The notes under the pieces were generated by a model. The model saw nothing but the letters and a program-made list of their open reading frames with translations, was not told the origin of the DNA and did not search any database. Made by a program: the position numbers and the translations under genes. From Azolla caroliniana (taxonomy: Eukaryota > Plantae > Polypodiophyta), in contig JBHGNT010000014.1 in assembly GCA_043228905.1 (NCBI GenBank), forward strand, positions 1 through 64,000: 64,000 nt of DNA, given 5' to 3'. Positions 62,514 through 64,000 of the stretch are shown piece after piece; the stretch's first letter is position 1; the number at the start of each line of letters is the position of its first letter.

Positions 62514-63831
62514 TGTCAAGGATAGTGTATAAATAGAACAAGGGATAAATAGAAAATAGAAAATAATAGAAATGTATATATATTAATCGTCGAAGATACA
62601 ATGGTAACTGCAGATACTAAAACTGCAGAGGCATAAAAGGCAAAAAGGATGTGTTGAACCAGAATGGTTCTACAATGAGCCTAAGATGTCCTTATATACT
62701 GCACGCGATCCTCGATGCTATGCCACGTGTCATACATGCATGGCCACACTGCATGCATGTGGATTGCATGCAAGATCCTCATGCATACAATGCATGCCAT
62801 GACCATGATGACCATCATCCCATGCCCATCATCCTCATTCCCATCATCCACATGACCATCATACATCCATGCATAATGTCATCTTCATGTGCATCGATCT
62901 CAACAAAATGACATGGTCCATTGCTTAAGACCTCGCCACGTGTATTTGACGGTCAATGGTTCGAGTCAAGATCATGGCACTGATCATGACACTATCCCCC
63001 TCTTAGAACGACGAGTCGTACGAGTCGACATGGAGACATGAGGATCGGGCTTCTGAGGATAGCAGGGATGAAACTCCTAGATAAGATCATGAGCATTCAC
63101 CAAATTCTCAGAAGGTTCCCAGATGTGATCTTGTGGGCCATTGCCTTCCCAATCAACTAAATAATATAGATGACCATATCGGATCTTGGAATTGAGAATG
63201 GTTGCAACCTCATATTCAGTTCCACCAACAAGCTCTACTGTAGGCGATGAAACACAGGATGAAGTTGCATGTGAGAAGGTAAATCAAGATGGAATGTCAC
63301 CTCATTAATCTAAATGGAGTGACCTTTGTTGAGGAGTGTACTGAAATGTAGAATATCCACCCAATTATCTTGTTGATACCTAATAAAACATCGGAGATAT
63401 TGCTCCAAAGTTTGATTAGTACGCTCTGCTTGACCATCAGTTTGAGGATGATAGCTAGAAGATAGACTGCAAGAAATGTGTAATAATGACAACAAGTGTC
63501 GCCGGAATTTAGACACAAACTGTGGACCTTGATCGCTAATGATGGTGTATGGTAGGCCATGATGTTGGAATACTTCTCGCATAACAAGATCTAATATTCC
63601 TTCACTAGTAATACTCTTTGTACACACCAAGAAATGTGACATCTTTTTAAATCTATCAACCATTGTTAAAATAGCATCAAAACCTTTAGAACATGGCAAA
63701 TCTGTGATAAAATCTAAGCAAATAGATTGCCATGGTCGTTCTGGAATCGGTAGGGGTTGTAAGAAACCATAGGGTCTATGTCATGGAATCTTGGTACGAC
63801 AACAAGTGTCGCATGTGCGAACATAATCTTG
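62514..63831 (-). mobile_element. pol: Chromoviral gypsy 3' part (integrase, chromodomain, PPT, 3' LTR 62514-62991), related to 45662-49205
   Basis: Integrase DQGPQFVSKF..YHPQTDGQAER. Chromodomain EYEVATILNSKI..YLVDWEG..WEP. PPT reverse complement CTATCCCCCTCTT at 62992-63004. LTR bounded TGTCA...TGACA. Confidence 0.9.
62914..62968 (+). promoter_or_regulatory. tRNA-like A-box/B-box module in the LTR U3, antisense to this minus-strand element
   Basis: TGGTCCATTGC, 33 nt, GGTTCGAGTC. A D-arm-like GGTC/GACC stem is present. Confidence 0.6.
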
Positions 63832-64000
63832 TGTTGGGATTACGGTCCCTCCGGATGGGATGGTCAGATGTCCGGGAACCGGATGATGAAGACCCGGTAT
63901 CGGAACCGGATGATGAAGACCTGGTTACGGAACCGGATGATGAAGACCCGGTTTCGGATCCGGATGATGAAGACCCCGGCTACGGAGCCGGATGACGAAT
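63832..64000 (+). mobile_element. Start of an LTR of the same family as 57413-58055, inserted in the chromovirus integrase and running off the window
   Basis: The start TGTTGGGATT.CGGTCCCTCCGGATGGGATG is shared. It carries 27-bp tandem GGAACCGGATGATGAAGACCCGG... repeats. Confidence 0.9.

Noticed and set aside
63732-63995. Acidic EPDDED repeat ORF
   Set aside because: It is a translation of the 27-bp LTR minisatellite across an insertion junction.

Overview
This is the left end of a land-plant chromosome. The transposon repertoire suggests a fern or other non-seed plant, which is an inference. About 4.4 kb of Arabidopsis-type telomere (CCCTAAA)n abuts directly on ~8.6 copies of a 178-bp subtelomeric satellite. 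The rest is a nested set of mostly decayed transposons: Ty3/gypsy (chromoviral and non-chromoviral), Ty1/copia, L1-like and RTEX-like LINEs, CACTA fragments and solo LTRs with TSDs. One intact host gene is seen, an intronless F-box gene (16309-18015, minus). A MADS-box first-exon pseudogene lies at 34175-34368. The most striking unexplained signal is a tRNA-like Pol III A-box/B-box module with 32-33 nt spacing, found in four LTRs from three different gypsy-type elements. It lies near the U3 end and is always antisense to the element. One carrier is a young gag-only LTR element with an 18-nt tRNA-Trp primer site, a 4-bp TSD and a composite 5' LTR. All calls come from reading the sequence; no database searches were run.
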